From an uncultured Chloroflexia bacterium (lineage in GTDB: Bacteria > Chloroflexota > UBA6077 > JACCZL01): DNA of 64,000 bases. Below are positions 10,715 to 20,825 of this stretch, piece by piece; within the stretch, counting starts at the first letter, position 1, and each line of letters begins with the position of its first letter. A program made the position numbers and the translations under genes. The DNA is taken from contig CAVXYC010000019.1 in NCBI GenBank assembly GCA_963765765.1, positions 288,001-352,000 of the forward strand, read 5' to 3'. A model generated the notes under the pieces. That model was not told the DNA's origin and ran no database searches. It was given only the letters and a program-made list of their open reading frames with translations.

Positions 10715-12349
10715 ATGACCCGCTTCCTCGTGGGAGTAGTTGGGCTGGTTACGCTGGCTGTGGGCTGGTATGCGGCTCAAGTGGCGACCTTGAATTGGGT
10801 CCAGCCCTTGGCGATCGATAGCAGCCTATCCGCAGTCCAGCGTCCGATCCATCCTGATGTGCCTCTCCAGATATCGCTGCAGGGATACGGAGCGGAACTT
10901 GGCGGAGTGCGGCTCTATCGCACCGATGCGGAAGCGTCCAGTCAAGAGGAGCCCGTCCCCGCGCGCGCCGTAAGTAACGGTGCCGGGTCCTGGCGCGTTG
11001 AGACGGCGAATGGCCTGCGGCCCGACAGCGACTATCGTCTGGTCGTTGATGTTATCTCACCCCGGGCATCCTTCCCGGTACCGGTCCAGGAGCACATCAC
11101 TCAACAATATCGATTCGAGACCGTGCCAACTCCGCAACCTCAAATGCCCGCAAGTCTCCTTCAGCCTCGTTGGGGAGAAGCGGTGCCGATCTCCTGGTCA
11201 TTGCCACTCGAATCTGTGCAGGTCTCGGTTGACCCGGAGGCGTCCGTTGACGCCTGGGTTGACCCTGCCGACGCCACCAAGACCTGGGTTAAGCTGGCGC
11301 CAACCGCCTTGGGTGGCCAGGTGTACTCAGTCGAATTCAAGCGTGCCGTTGGTATAGATGGCATGGCGCTGCAGGAGCCGAGATCCTTTCAGCTTGCACT
11401 GCCGGATCGGCCGAGTTTTGAGAATCTTCCCGAGGAAGCCGTGATGATCGAGCACGGAGAGACCTTCGACCTCACCAGCACAGTCCCGCTCGCGGACGTC
11501 GACGTTCAGAGCAGTGGTGATCTTCAGACAAAAGCCACTCTCCACGGTGAGCACATTAGACTGGCGCTCCCGAAGTTCCGGCAGGGCGCTGAGGCCAAGG
11601 TCACTGTAGCGGCGGCAATCACTCCGCAAGGTGCTCCGCTGGAATCGCCGGTCTCGTTCCTGGTGCGCACCCCTCCCGCGATGGAGATGCCGAGGTTCGT
11701 TCCAGCGAACAAAGCTCAATCCGTTCGACTGGGAGCCCGGCCTTACCTCGAATTCCAGTCGCCACCCTCCAACCCCGGGGCGGTGCGCCGCTCAGTGACG
11801 ATGCGGCCGGCAATCAAGGGCGAGTGGAGCTGGTTAGATGACGTGACGCTGGTTTTTACACCTGCCGATCGTCTGCCACCAGAGACGACGATCAACGTCA
11901 CGTTGCCAAGCGGTCCGGATGGTCCGCGCACTGAAGCAGGCGGCTATCTGGAGAAGGACCTGGTGACGTCGTTCGTCACTATGCCTGATCGGCGCATCGA
12001 GGTCAGCATCGCGAAGCAGCAGCTGTACATGATTGAGAGCGAGCGCACGATCAAGACGATCACAGTGGGCACGGGTGTGGCCGGCGCTGATACGCCACGC
12101 GGCCAATACGAAGTGCTCTACAAACTGCCCAAGACTCGGATGCAGGGCGTGAACCCTAGTGGCGCACGGTACGATCTCCTAGACGTTCCATGGGTGTTGC
12201 CGTTCATGGGTGATTACGCCATTCACGGAGTGTATTGGCGCAATAACTTTGGCACGGTCGCCAGCAACGGTTGCGTGGGTATGACCGTAGAAGAGGCCAG
12301 GGTGCTCTACGACTGGGCGGACGTGGGTACGCCAATCCGGATTTATTAG
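10715..12349 (+). CDS. Membrane-anchored L,D-transpeptidase (YkuD) with Ig-like domains
   Basis: N-terminal TM; C-terminal RRIEVSIAKQQLY...TPRG...YAIHGVYW...ASNGCVGM (His/Cys catalytic motif). Confidence 0.88.
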   Translation: MTRFLVGVVGLVTLAVGWYAAQVATLNWVQPLAIDSSLSAVQRPIHPDVPLQISLQGYGAELGGVRLYRTDAEASSQEEPVPARAVSNGAGSWRVETANGLRPDSDYRLVVDVISPRASFPVPVQEHITQQYRFETVPTPQPQMPASLLQPRWGEAVPISWSLPLESVQVSVDPEASVDAWVDPADATKTWVKLAPTALGGQVYSVEFKRAVGIDGMALQEPRSFQLALPDRPSFENLPEEAVMIEHGETFDLTSTVPLADVDVQSSGDLQTKATLHGEHIRLALPKFRQGAEAKVTVAAAITPQGAPLESPVSFLVRTPPAMEMPRFVPANKAQSVRLGARPYLEFQSPPSNPGAVRRSVTMRPAIKGEWSWLDDVTLVFTPADRLPPETTINVTLPSGPDGPRTEAGGYLEKDLVTSFVTMPDRRIEVSIAKQQLYMIESERTIKTITVGTGVAGADTPRGQYEVLYKLPKTRMQGVNPSGARYDLLDVPWVLPFMGDYAIHGVYWRNNFGTVASNGCVGMTVEEARVLYDWADVGTPIRIY

Positions 12350-12381
12350 TAATGCTTCGGACTCGCCGACTTAGCGCAATG

Positions 12382-12429
12382 AGGCATCCTTGTTATCCTG
12401 CAGTGAAGCGAAGAACGACAAGGATGCCT
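12382..12429. repeat. Palindrome/terminator between convergent genes
   Basis: aggcatccttgt ... acaaggatgcct. Confidence 0.55.
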
Positions 12430-12461
12430 GTCTGAATGACTTGCTCGATCTGTTCGCGCAG

Positions 12462-14354
12462 CTACCTCAGCGCAGGGCTTAGTTCCACTTCGGCATCCTC
12501 GCTGAACTGCGTTCGATAGAGCTCCGCGTAGCGGCCGTGGGCTGCCAGGAGCTCGGTGTGCGAGCCACGCTCCACCACACGGCCATCCTCGATGACCAAT
12601 ATGGCGTCAGCGGCTCGGATGGTCGAAAGCCGGTGGGCGATCACCAGAGCGGTGCGGCCGTTCAGTGCTTCACCGATGGCTTCTTGCACGGCAGCCTCAG
12701 AGACGGAATCGAGGTGCGCGGTGGCCTCATCCAGGATGACGACGCGCGGTTGTGACAGGAGCAGCCGCGCTATGGTCAATCGTTGGCGCTCTCCTCCCGA
12801 CAGTCGGTAGCCTCGCTCACCGACCACCGTGTCCAAACCATCCGGCAGGTGACGCACGAGCTGGTCCAATCGCGCTCGCTGAAGCGCATCCCAGAGATCG
12901 TCGTCAGACGCGCCCGGTCGCGCAAAGGTCAGGTTGGCGCGAATGCTATCGTGGAAGAGGTGGCCATCCTGAGTGACCATTCCTACAGCTTCGCGGATTG
13001 CCTTGAATGAGAGGTCGCGGACGTCCATGCCAGCGAGCCTGACCGCGCCGCTGTCCACGTCATAAAGGCGAGGAACGAGTGATGCAATCGTCGACTTGCC
13101 GGCCCCAGACGAGCCGACCAGCGCGATGAGCTGCCCGGCTTCGGCTTTGAATGAAACGCCGTGAAGCACCTCTTCACCGCCACGAGTGTCGAGATTGGCC
13201 ACCTCCTCGAGTGAGGCAAGGGACACTTTGTCCGCTGCTGGGTAGCCAAAGTGCACGTCCTCGAGCTCGACAGAAACGGGTCCATCGGGGAGACTCTCGG
13301 GGCGCTGCTTCTCCGCGATCAGCGGCGGAATGTCGAGCACTTCAAAGACTCGCTCAAAACTCACCAGGGCCGACATGACGTCTACGCGGGCGCTCGCCAG
13401 AGCCGTGAGCGGGCTGTACAGTCGCGTGAGCAGCAGTGCGAGAGTAACGACGCTTCCGGGCTCGATCTGACCGACGAGAGAGAGGTAGCCGCCAAGTCCG
13501 TATACCAGGGCTGAAGCGAGCGCCGAAACCAGCATGAGCGCAGTGATGAAGACCCACTGCACCATGGCGGTGCTCACGCCGATATCCTTCACGCGCGCCG
13601 CCCGGCGACCAAACTCCGCGGATTCTTCCTCGGGCCGACCGTACAGCTTGACAAGCGTCGCGCCGGGAGCAGAGAACCGCTCGGTCATCTGACTCGTCAT
13701 CGCGGCGTTGTGAGAAGCCGCCTCACGCTCCAGGCTGGCAAGCTTTCGTCCCATACGCCGTGCCGGAATAACGAAGATGGGCAGGAGCACCAGTGACAGC
13801 AGCGTGACCTGCCATGAGAGCCCCAGCATCACTGCCAGCGTCAGCACCAGCGAAATTACGTTTGTCACCACGCTGGAGAGCGTGTAGGTAAACGCGCGCT
13901 GGGCACCGATGACGTCGTTGTTCAGTCGGCTGACCAGCGCCCCCGTCCGAGTACGTGTAAAGAAGGCGATGGGCATGCGCTGAACGTGCTCGAACACGGT
14001 ATTTCGCAGATCCAGAATGAGCCCTTCTCCAATGCGGGCCGACTGCAGCCGCTGAAGCAGGCCAAGACCTGCTTCGACGACCGCAATAAGCGCGATCAAG
14101 ATGGAGAGCCCGATGACCGTGCTGATATCGCCGCGCTCCACGATCGCATCCACCACGCGGCCTGCGAGCACGGGCGTGGCTACCGAGAGAACAGCCAGTA
14201 CCACCGAGAGAATCAAGAATGCGATCAGCGCCCGCCTGTGCGGCCGAGCAAAGCCGGCAATGCGTCGCAGAGTGGCTCGTCCAACGCCACGGCGGGGTTG
14301 ATCGCCCTGCATGGCGCTCTCGAGAGCCATCCACGTTCCCACGTCCATGTTCAT
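12462..14354 (-). CDS. ABC exporter, fused permease + ATPase
   Basis: TM domain; Walker A GSSGAGKS, signature LSGGERQR, Walker B ILDEAT, IAHRLST. Confidence 0.93.
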   Translation of the reverse strand: MNMDVGTWMALESAMQGDQPRRGVGRATLRRIAGFARPHRRALIAFLILSVVLAVLSVATPVLAGRVVDAIVERGDISTVIGLSILIALIAVVEAGLGLLQRLQSARIGEGLILDLRNTVFEHVQRMPIAFFTRTRTGALVSRLNNDVIGAQRAFTYTLSSVVTNVISLVLTLAVMLGLSWQVTLLSLVLLPIFVIPARRMGRKLASLEREAASHNAAMTSQMTERFSAPGATLVKLYGRPEEESAEFGRRAARVKDIGVSTAMVQWVFITALMLVSALASALVYGLGGYLSLVGQIEPGSVVTLALLLTRLYSPLTALASARVDVMSALVSFERVFEVLDIPPLIAEKQRPESLPDGPVSVELEDVHFGYPAADKVSLASLEEVANLDTRGGEEVLHGVSFKAEAGQLIALVGSSGAGKSTIASLVPRLYDVDSGAVRLAGMDVRDLSFKAIREAVGMVTQDGHLFHDSIRANLTFARPGASDDDLWDALQRARLDQLVRHLPDGLDTVVGERGYRLSGGERQRLTIARLLLSQPRVVILDEATAHLDSVSEAAVQEAIGEALNGRTALVIAHRLSTIRAADAILVIEDGRVVERGSHTELLAAHGRYAELYRTQFSEDAEVELSPALR

Positions 14355-14535
14355 GATTGTTTCAACGCTCCAGAATGTAAAACGAACGATTCCCACAGGA
14401 ATCGACCGGGCGCGTAGCTCGGAGGCTTGTCCACTGTGCCTAGAACGCTAATCGCCCCGAATGTAATCCAGACACAGGGACACGCCCGTGTTACTTGTCC
14501 CGACTTCGAGTGGACGGCCCGACGCTGACCGACGT

Positions 14536-15571
14536 TCACGGCAGAATCAAGTGGAGGTCACCGAACTCATGCCAGAGGTAACGGCCATCGAGCGCGGCTT
14601 GATAGGCGACCTCGAGATGCGCGGCTCCCGCGATTGCACTCAGCATGTCCAGGTGTGATGCTTGCGGCTCGTGAAATCCGGTTAGCAGTCCATCGATCAC
14701 TCTGACCCCGCGATCCGGCGTGATGATCAAGTCCGTCCATGCTCGAGTGGGTCTCAGTTGGCCCGACCCGTCTGATGCGCTCTCCAGTGCGCGCACCACC
14801 GTGGTTCCCACGGCGATGACGCGCCTCCCGTCAAATCTGGCCTGATTCACCGCCGTAGCCGTCTCAGGAGGAACGATGAACGGCTCAGCATACGGCCGTT
14901 CATGCGCTTCCAAACTCGCAACGCCAGTGTGAAGCGTCAGGGTTTTGAAGCCGATCGCACGCCGGGCCAGCTCAGCCAGCACCCGGCCACTGAAGGCGCG
15001 TCCGGCCGAGGGCATCTCTGCTGAACCGGGCTCCCGCGCGTAGATGGTCTGGTAGTAATTTAGCGGCCACTCATCGTGCAGATATGGGTAATGGACGGGG
15101 CGGCCCCAACGATCCAGATATCCCAGCACAGGCAAGGGGAGATCGAGTCGCGCAATCCAGAGTCGGCTTGAGTCCGCATGTGGAGCCAGAAACGTGATCC
15201 GCCCCTCATCGGGCACAGCGACCGACTCGTCGAGATCGACGCTCGCGTGCCTGAGGTTCCACAATCCAGAGGCCATCCGGAAGTCGCGTTGAGAGGTGGA
15301 TATCCAGCTCCCGTCCATCCCGGCGGCGGGCTGTCAGCGCGGCCGGGATAGTGGCTGAATCGTTTGCCACCAGCAGGTCGCCGGGTTGGAGGTAACTCGG
15401 CAAATCGATAAACCGGGCGTGATCGACGCGATTATCGCGGTAGTGGCTCACCATGAGCCGAACTTCGTCGCGCCCAAGGCCACGCGCCTCGGGTGGTTCG
15501 TGTGCCTCCAGATCAGGAGTTAGTGAGAACGCCAATCGGCGTTCAGATGGTTGAAGAGTAGTCATGGTCAT
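14536..15571 (-). CDS. queA: QueA-like S-adenosylmethionine:tRNA ribosyltransferase-isomerase family protein (one frameshift near 15250)
   Basis: PPEARGLGRDEVRLMV, GDLLVANDSATIPA, YQTIYAREPGSAEMPSAG, LHTG, AVGTTVVRALES, TGFHEP, EFGDLHLI. Confidence 0.85.
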
Positions 15572-16305
15572 CGTTGACCTCCGGAGCCCGCCGCCACCGG
15601 CATGCGTGCCACAACGCGACGGAACGGTGTTGTTTCGTCCTCGATGAGCCGTACGATGGCTGGCGCGGAGACTTCAGGACCGGGCAGGTGGCTCAGGTCC
15701 TCGCCCGGCTCGGCGTCGCGATGCATCTGGGTGTTCATGTCGCCCGGATCCACGGTGTAAATGCGGATCCCGGTGCCGGCGACTTCGGCTGCTAGCACTC
15801 GTGAGAGATGTTCCAAGGCCGCTTTGCTGGTGCCGTAACCACCCCAGCCCGGATATGCCTCCAGGGCGGCGTCGGACGTAATGTTGACGATCACGCCCTC
15901 TCCGCTCCCTTGCATATCCGGCAGGACAAGCTGCATCAGGTGGAGCGGAGCAATGGCGTTGACGTGGAAGACTTCTGCCAGCGTGTCGAGCGGGTAGCTC
16001 TCGAGTCGCGGCATCGGGCTCGGGCCGATCGTTGATGCGTTGTTGATCAGGATGTCGATCTGTCCGAATCGCTCCTGACCTGCCACTACGAGACGTTCGG
16101 CGTGTGTTGGATCGGCAACATCGCCGGGAATGGCCAGCACTGCCGTGAGTTTATTTAGCTCCTGTGCGGCTTGATCGAGCGCCTTCGCCCCCCTCGCCGT
16201 CAGAATGAGATTCGTTCCGCGGCGAGCCAGTAGGCGCGCGATTTCAAGACCGAGACCGCGGGATGCTCCGGTGATAAGTGCTGTTGAATTGGTTGATAGC
16301 CTCAT
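15568..16305 (-). CDS. Short-chain dehydrogenase/reductase
   Basis: TGASRGLG, INNAS, YGTSK; stop overlaps the queA-like start. Confidence 0.92.
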   Translation of the reverse strand: MRLSTNSTALITGASRGLGLEIARLLARRGTNLILTARGAKALDQAAQELNKLTAVLAIPGDVADPTHAERLVVAGQERFGQIDILINNASTIGPSPMPRLESYPLDTLAEVFHVNAIAPLHLMQLVLPDMQGSGEGVIVNITSDAALEAYPGWGGYGTSKAALEHLSRVLAAEVAGTGIRIYTVDPGDMNTQMHRDAEPGEDLSHLPGPEVSAPAIVRLIEDETTPFRRVVARMPVAAGSGGQR

Positions 16306-16449
16306 CTACGACTCCATGGTGTTCGGGTGTTTCCGATACCAGGAGTGTCGCGCCCAGATGAGGCCGTCGGCGTCGTGCCAGGGGTCAGAACAACGATGGT
16401 CTCTTGGGTCAGCAATCAGAACTGTCCAAAAGGACAGTCCAGCGCATGC

Positions 16450-17076
16450 CTAGGGGTTGAGCAGGCCGCGTTGAGCGGCGATGGCCACGGCTTGAGCGCG
16501 ATTCTCGGCACCCAGTTTTCGGATTAGCGCCGCCGTGTGAAATTTGACGGTGCGCTCAGTGATGGAGAGGGTGTTGGCGATCTGCTTGCCAGGGAGACCC
16601 TCGGCAATGAGTGTCAGCACCTCTCGTTCTCGCAGCGTGAGTGGACCTGCGCCGCGGGGCGCTCGAACGGCGTTGGCCAGGTGCGCCGCCGCGGCCGGGG
16701 CAAGCGCGGTGCCGCCGGCTGCCACAACGCGAACGGCGTCACTGATCTCCGCCGCTGTGGCACCCTTGAGAATGTATCCACGCGCTCCGCCTCGCACCGC
16801 GTCGAGCACCCGCTCGTCCGATTCGTAGGCGGTGAAGACCAGAATTGCTGTTGATGGTGAGATCTCTGCGAGTCGTGGAATGGCCTGAGTGCCGCTCATG
16901 CCAGGCAGCTCCAGGTCCAGCAGAACCACATCCGGTTGCACTCGCTCGACGAGCCCCAGTGCCTCTTCCGCGTTACTCGCCGCGCCCAGGACTTCGAAAT
17001 CTCGTTCGTCGGCCAAGGTGGCAACGAGCCCCTGACGAACGATTGGATGGTCGTCGACGACGATCACGCGGATCAT
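16450..17076 (-). CDS. NarL/LuxR-family response regulator
   Basis: VVDDHPIVRQG, LLDL, LTLREREVL...TVKFH HTH. Confidence 0.93.
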   Translation of the reverse strand: MIRVIVVDDHPIVRQGLVATLADERDFEVLGAASNAEEALGLVERVQPDVVLLDLELPGMSGTQAIPRLAEISPSTAILVFTAYESDERVLDAVRGGARGYILKGATAAEISDAVRVVAAGGTALAPAAAAHLANAVRAPRGAGPLTLREREVLTLIAEGLPGKQIANTLSITERTVKFHTAALIRKLGAENRAQAVAIAAQRGLLNP

Positions 17077-18242
17077 GACCGCGGATCACTTGGAAGGGGA
17101 ATACGCGCGGTAATCGTGGTCCCTCGATTCGGTCGGCTCGTGACGCGGAGCTGACCGCCCAGGAGACGTGCGCGCTCGCGCATACCGATGATGCCGTGAT
17201 GACCCGCCTCGGGACTCGACGTCGCCTCGGCATTCATGCCGGTCCCGTTGTCGCGGACCGTGAGCAAGACTGCGCCGTTCGCTACGCGTAGTGCGATGCT
17301 CGCTTCGGTCGCGTGAGCGTGGTGACGCACGTTTGCGGTTGCCTCCTGCGCGATGCGATATACCTCAGATTCGACCTGAAGTGGAAGCACGACGGCCTCA
17401 TCGATGTCCACGTGAATTTGAATGCCGGTCTCGGAGGTGAATCGCCGAGCAAGTGCCGAGAGTGCTTCGGGCAGTGTCCGCTCAGCCAGGGGCTCGGAGC
17501 GCAGGTTCAACACGGATGTCCGGGCTTGCTGCAACGCCTCCCGCGTGGTTGCGAGGGCGCGCTCGAGTCGCTCTCGTGCTTGTTCCGGGCCGTCCTCCAC
17601 GTGGCGCAACGCTCCCTCGATGTCCAATCCGATGGCGGTGAGTCCTTGCGCCAGGCCATCGTGAATCTCACGTGCCAGGCGCGTGCGGTCCTCGGCGCGC
17701 ATGAGCCGCGCGCTCTCCCCGGCGAGGCGGTCGCGCTCCACTGCGATGCCGATCTGCGAGGCGATCGTGGAAAGTAGCCGCAGCTCTTCGGGGTTGAGGG
17801 CACGCCAGGCTGGCCCAGCGATGTTCATGATGCCCAGGCCGCGATGTCGGAAGTAGAGCGGGATGCTGGCGTGGTAGCGCAGGCCCTGCGTCAGTGATGG
17901 ATCCTGCGCGTGGATCGCTGGGTGCAGACGGCTGCATTCCAGCATATCGACGTTTGTGGGACGCAGCTTGCCCTTGACGAAGAGGTCCGTGCAGTAACAC
18001 CAGCTTCCGCTCATGCGCACCGGCTCCTGCAGGTACGGGGGGAGGCGCTGCGTAGCCGCGACGTAGAACTGCCCGGTTTCGGCGTCCTTGAGCCAGACCC
18101 AGCCCGTTCTCAACCCGAGCAGCCGCGCTACGAGTCCGAGCGTGCGCTCCAGCGCCTGATAGATGTCCGTGGAGCCGTGCAACGCCTCAGTGATCGCATC
18201 GAGGATGGCTGACGAGTCCGACGGCTTGCGGAGACCAGTCAT
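17073..18242 (-). CDS. GAF-domain HisKA_3 sensor histidine kinase (AirS/YhcY-like)
   Basis: GAF with WCYC-x18-CSRL; RLAREIHDGLAQ, QEATANVRHH, DNGTG, GIIGMRER. Confidence 0.9.
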   Translation of the reverse strand: MTGLRKPSDSSAILDAITEALHGSTDIYQALERTLGLVARLLGLRTGWVWLKDAETGQFYVAATQRLPPYLQEPVRMSGSWCYCTDLFVKGKLRPTNVDMLECSRLHPAIHAQDPSLTQGLRYHASIPLYFRHRGLGIMNIAGPAWRALNPEELRLLSTIASQIGIAVERDRLAGESARLMRAEDRTRLAREIHDGLAQGLTAIGLDIEGALRHVEDGPEQARERLERALATTREALQQARTSVLNLRSEPLAERTLPEALSALARRFTSETGIQIHVDIDEAVVLPLQVESEVYRIAQEATANVRHHAHATEASIALRVANGAVLLTVRDNGTGMNAEATSSPEAGHHGIIGMRERARLLGGQLRVTSRPNRGTTITARIPLPSDPRS

Positions 18243-18313
18243 GAGTGATGAGTCATGAGTGATGAGCCGCGGAAGTACGTCTACTCATCACTCATGACTC
18301 ATCACTCATGACT
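18237..18313. repeat. Heptamer-built palindrome, copy 2
   Basis: agtcatgagtgatgagtcatgagtgatgag ... ctcatcactcatgactcatcactcatgact. Confidence 0.8.
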
Positions 18314-18314
18314 T

Positions 18315-18689
18315 CTACACATACGTGTGCGTGATCACCTCGAGAATGTGCCCGTTGGGATCACGGAAGTAGAATCCGCGGCCCTGGTGGTGGTGATTGA
18401 TCTCATAGTCCTCGAGATCGCGCGGACCGCTCCCATAAGCAATGCCTTCGTCCTTCACGCGCTGCAGCACTGTGTCGAACTCGCCGTCAGTTGTGATGAA
18501 CGCAAAATGTAGGCAAGGTAGATTCTCACCGGCATCGTCGAAATCTAGCGATAGATTGTCGTCGACTCGTACCGGCGCGAAATGACCCCATAGACCCTTG
18601 TACTCGAGCCCGAACATTCGGGCAAACCAGCGCGCTGACTCTTCTTTATTACGAGCTGGAACGATTGTGTGGTCCAGATGGAATGGCAT
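18315..18689 (-). CDS. VOC/glyoxalase family protein
   Basis: HLDHTIV, LHFAF, GRGFYFRDPNGHILEVIT. Confidence 0.88.
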   Translation of the reverse strand: MPFHLDHTIVPARNKEESARWFARMFGLEYKGLWGHFAPVRVDDNLSLDFDDAGENLPCLHFAFITTDGEFDTVLQRVKDEGIAYGSGPRDLEDYEINHHHQGRGFYFRDPNGHILEVITHTYV

Positions 18690-18753
18690 GGGTTCGCTCC
18701 TCTTCCAAATACGACTGACCGGATTGTAAACGGTTGGACGCCGTTGCAGGTTG

Positions 18754-20067
18754 TCACGCTCCTCGGATGAGGGGCGGCCGATGTGCATGCAGAGCGACAC
18801 CTCCACTTATCGAGAAGAGGGCGCTGGCGGCGAAGAGGGCGTGGTAGCCGAGCTGAGAGACAAGCACGCCGCCGACCAGGGGTGCCACCGCACCCGCGAG
18901 GCCGACGAGACCGAAGCAAAGTGCCACGTAGCTGGGGCGTCGGTCCACGGGCGCGAACTCCATGGGGCCGGTCTCGATGGCAAGCTGCGAGCCTGCTTGT
19001 CCAATGCCAACGAATGCGAATGACGCCAGCAGCCACAACGGCTGATTGGCCAACATGGCAAGGATGGAAAGACCAGCACCCGCCAGAGCCGATACTTGAC
19101 CAACCGCTGAAAAACCATGACGGTCGGCCAACCAGCCCAGAGCAGAGTTCGCAAGGACGCTGGCGGCGAGCAGCATCACCGTGTACCAGGCGGCGATCTC
19201 ATCACTTGCTCCGAGGCTTAGCACCGCATACGCCATGAGAAAACCCGTGGACATTGTTCCAAAGCTGACCAACGCGAGCCCGCTCACAAATCGACGGAAC
19301 GGCAGATCAGCCCGCAGAGTCGTAGCCATCTCAGCCATCTGGCGGTGGAACGGAGCTGCCGCCCTGGCCGGCGGACCGGGTGGCTCTTTGATTAGCAGAA
19401 TGGGCACCATGCCAACCAAAAGAATGACTGACGCGAGGCCGAAGCATGCCGCGAAGTTGTATGGAAACGGGAACCAATCGAGTAATAGGGCGGTCAGCGC
19501 GGCGGTTCCGACTCCGAGCGCACGGCCGATCATGGTCCAGTTACCCATGAATCGCCCGCGACGATTCCCGGGAACGACTCGCGCAATCACGTCCATCCAG
19601 GGCGGCACGGAAAGTCCCGACGCCACGGATTGGAAGAAGCGACAGAGGTACACCGCGCCCAGTAATACCGGCACGGGCACAAGAAATTCGCCATTGGTCG
19701 TGCTGATGGACGCGAGCGCGCAGAGCGTCAGGCCCAGTGATGGAATCCGCTCCAGCACCGTGTATCGAATGAGCAAGGGCAACTTGCGTTGACTGCGCTC
19801 GACATATCCGGCGACGAAGATCTGAGGGAGCCAGCCGAGTTGAAACGCAGTCGCGAGCAGCCCGATTGCAAGAGGATCGCTCGAGATCTTGCTGATGAAC
19901 AGCGGAACAATTGTGCTATGTCCCAGAAGCCCGAGAGCCGCCATGAACATCGCGAGATCGATCCCGAGGTAGAGTGCATTTCGCCTTGACGTCCTGGAAT
20001 CAAGAGGCGCAGAGATCTCCGGTGCTCCCTGATGCGAGTGGCGGGATCCCGGCTCGTCGAACGGCAT
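18754..20067 (-). CDS. MFS transporter
   Basis: About 12 TM helices; GWLADRHG and PGNRRGRFMG loop motifs. Confidence 0.85.
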   Translation of the reverse strand: MPFDEPGSRHSHQGAPEISAPLDSRTSRRNALYLGIDLAMFMAALGLLGHSTIVPLFISKISSDPLAIGLLATAFQLGWLPQIFVAGYVERSQRKLPLLIRYTVLERIPSLGLTLCALASISTTNGEFLVPVPVLLGAVYLCRFFQSVASGLSVPPWMDVIARVVPGNRRGRFMGNWTMIGRALGVGTAALTALLLDWFPFPYNFAACFGLASVILLVGMVPILLIKEPPGPPARAAAPFHRQMAEMATTLRADLPFRRFVSGLALVSFGTMSTGFLMAYAVLSLGASDEIAAWYTVMLLAASVLANSALGWLADRHGFSAVGQVSALAGAGLSILAMLANQPLWLLASFAFVGIGQAGSQLAIETGPMEFAPVDRRPSYVALCFGLVGLAGAVAPLVGGVLVSQLGYHALFAASALFSISGGVALHAHRPPLIRGA

Positions 20068-20825
20068 AGCGATTGATTCTAGTTTCTCACCTCCGGATGC
20101 CGATATCAGGTGGACATGGAGGATCGGCTAAGGGCGAGCGCCAAACAATCGGAACCGTCGACGGCCGTGAGCACCCTACGCAGGACCCGCCTTCGTCCAT
20201 CGGCGTACGATGGAATTGACGGCATGCTTCGCGCACGTCTCGTGCTCGACTGATTAAGCGTTGCTCAGTTGCCGAGCACGGTGCTGGCGCACCAGAAGTG
20301 GTTTACCGACACCACGGCGAATTCGTCGACTGATCGCCTGTCCTCAGGCCGCGGAGGTTCGCCGCACTTGAAGTGGTCGCGGCGGAGCGGACGGGTTTGG
20401 GTTGCTATGGATCGTCTGCTCGGTCATGTTCGGCATGACAGATGCATTGGTGCAGTTTCGGTATGTGGGGATTGCTGTCAGAATCTTGTGATCGGTCGTA
20501 CCCTTCGCTGGCAGGAATGTCCAGGCAGCGTCTTCATCGCTTGTCTGGGGCGCGCGGGCCATCAATCAATTACGCATACTGAGTGAAATCTAGTTCTTGA
20601 AGCTGGGATTAATCGTTAAGACCTGGCCAGCGGGATTGGCATCATGTACCTGCTGCTGGTCCACGGAAGTGCCTCGCCGTCAATCTACCCGGCGGAGAAT
20701 TTGGTGACAAGCCAGAGTACCGCAGTGGTGCTGTCGTGGAATAATCAATTGGGCTTCGGGCGGGTTTTCGCCATAGGAGGGCTAATCGCATTGGGCTCGA
20801 GTCCATCTCCGGGAGTGCAGCAAGC

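Noticed and set aside
18237-18313. CRISPR array or mini-array
   Set aside because: 7-nt tandem units in an inverted arrangement, no spacers and no cas genes; no CRISPR array was seen in the window
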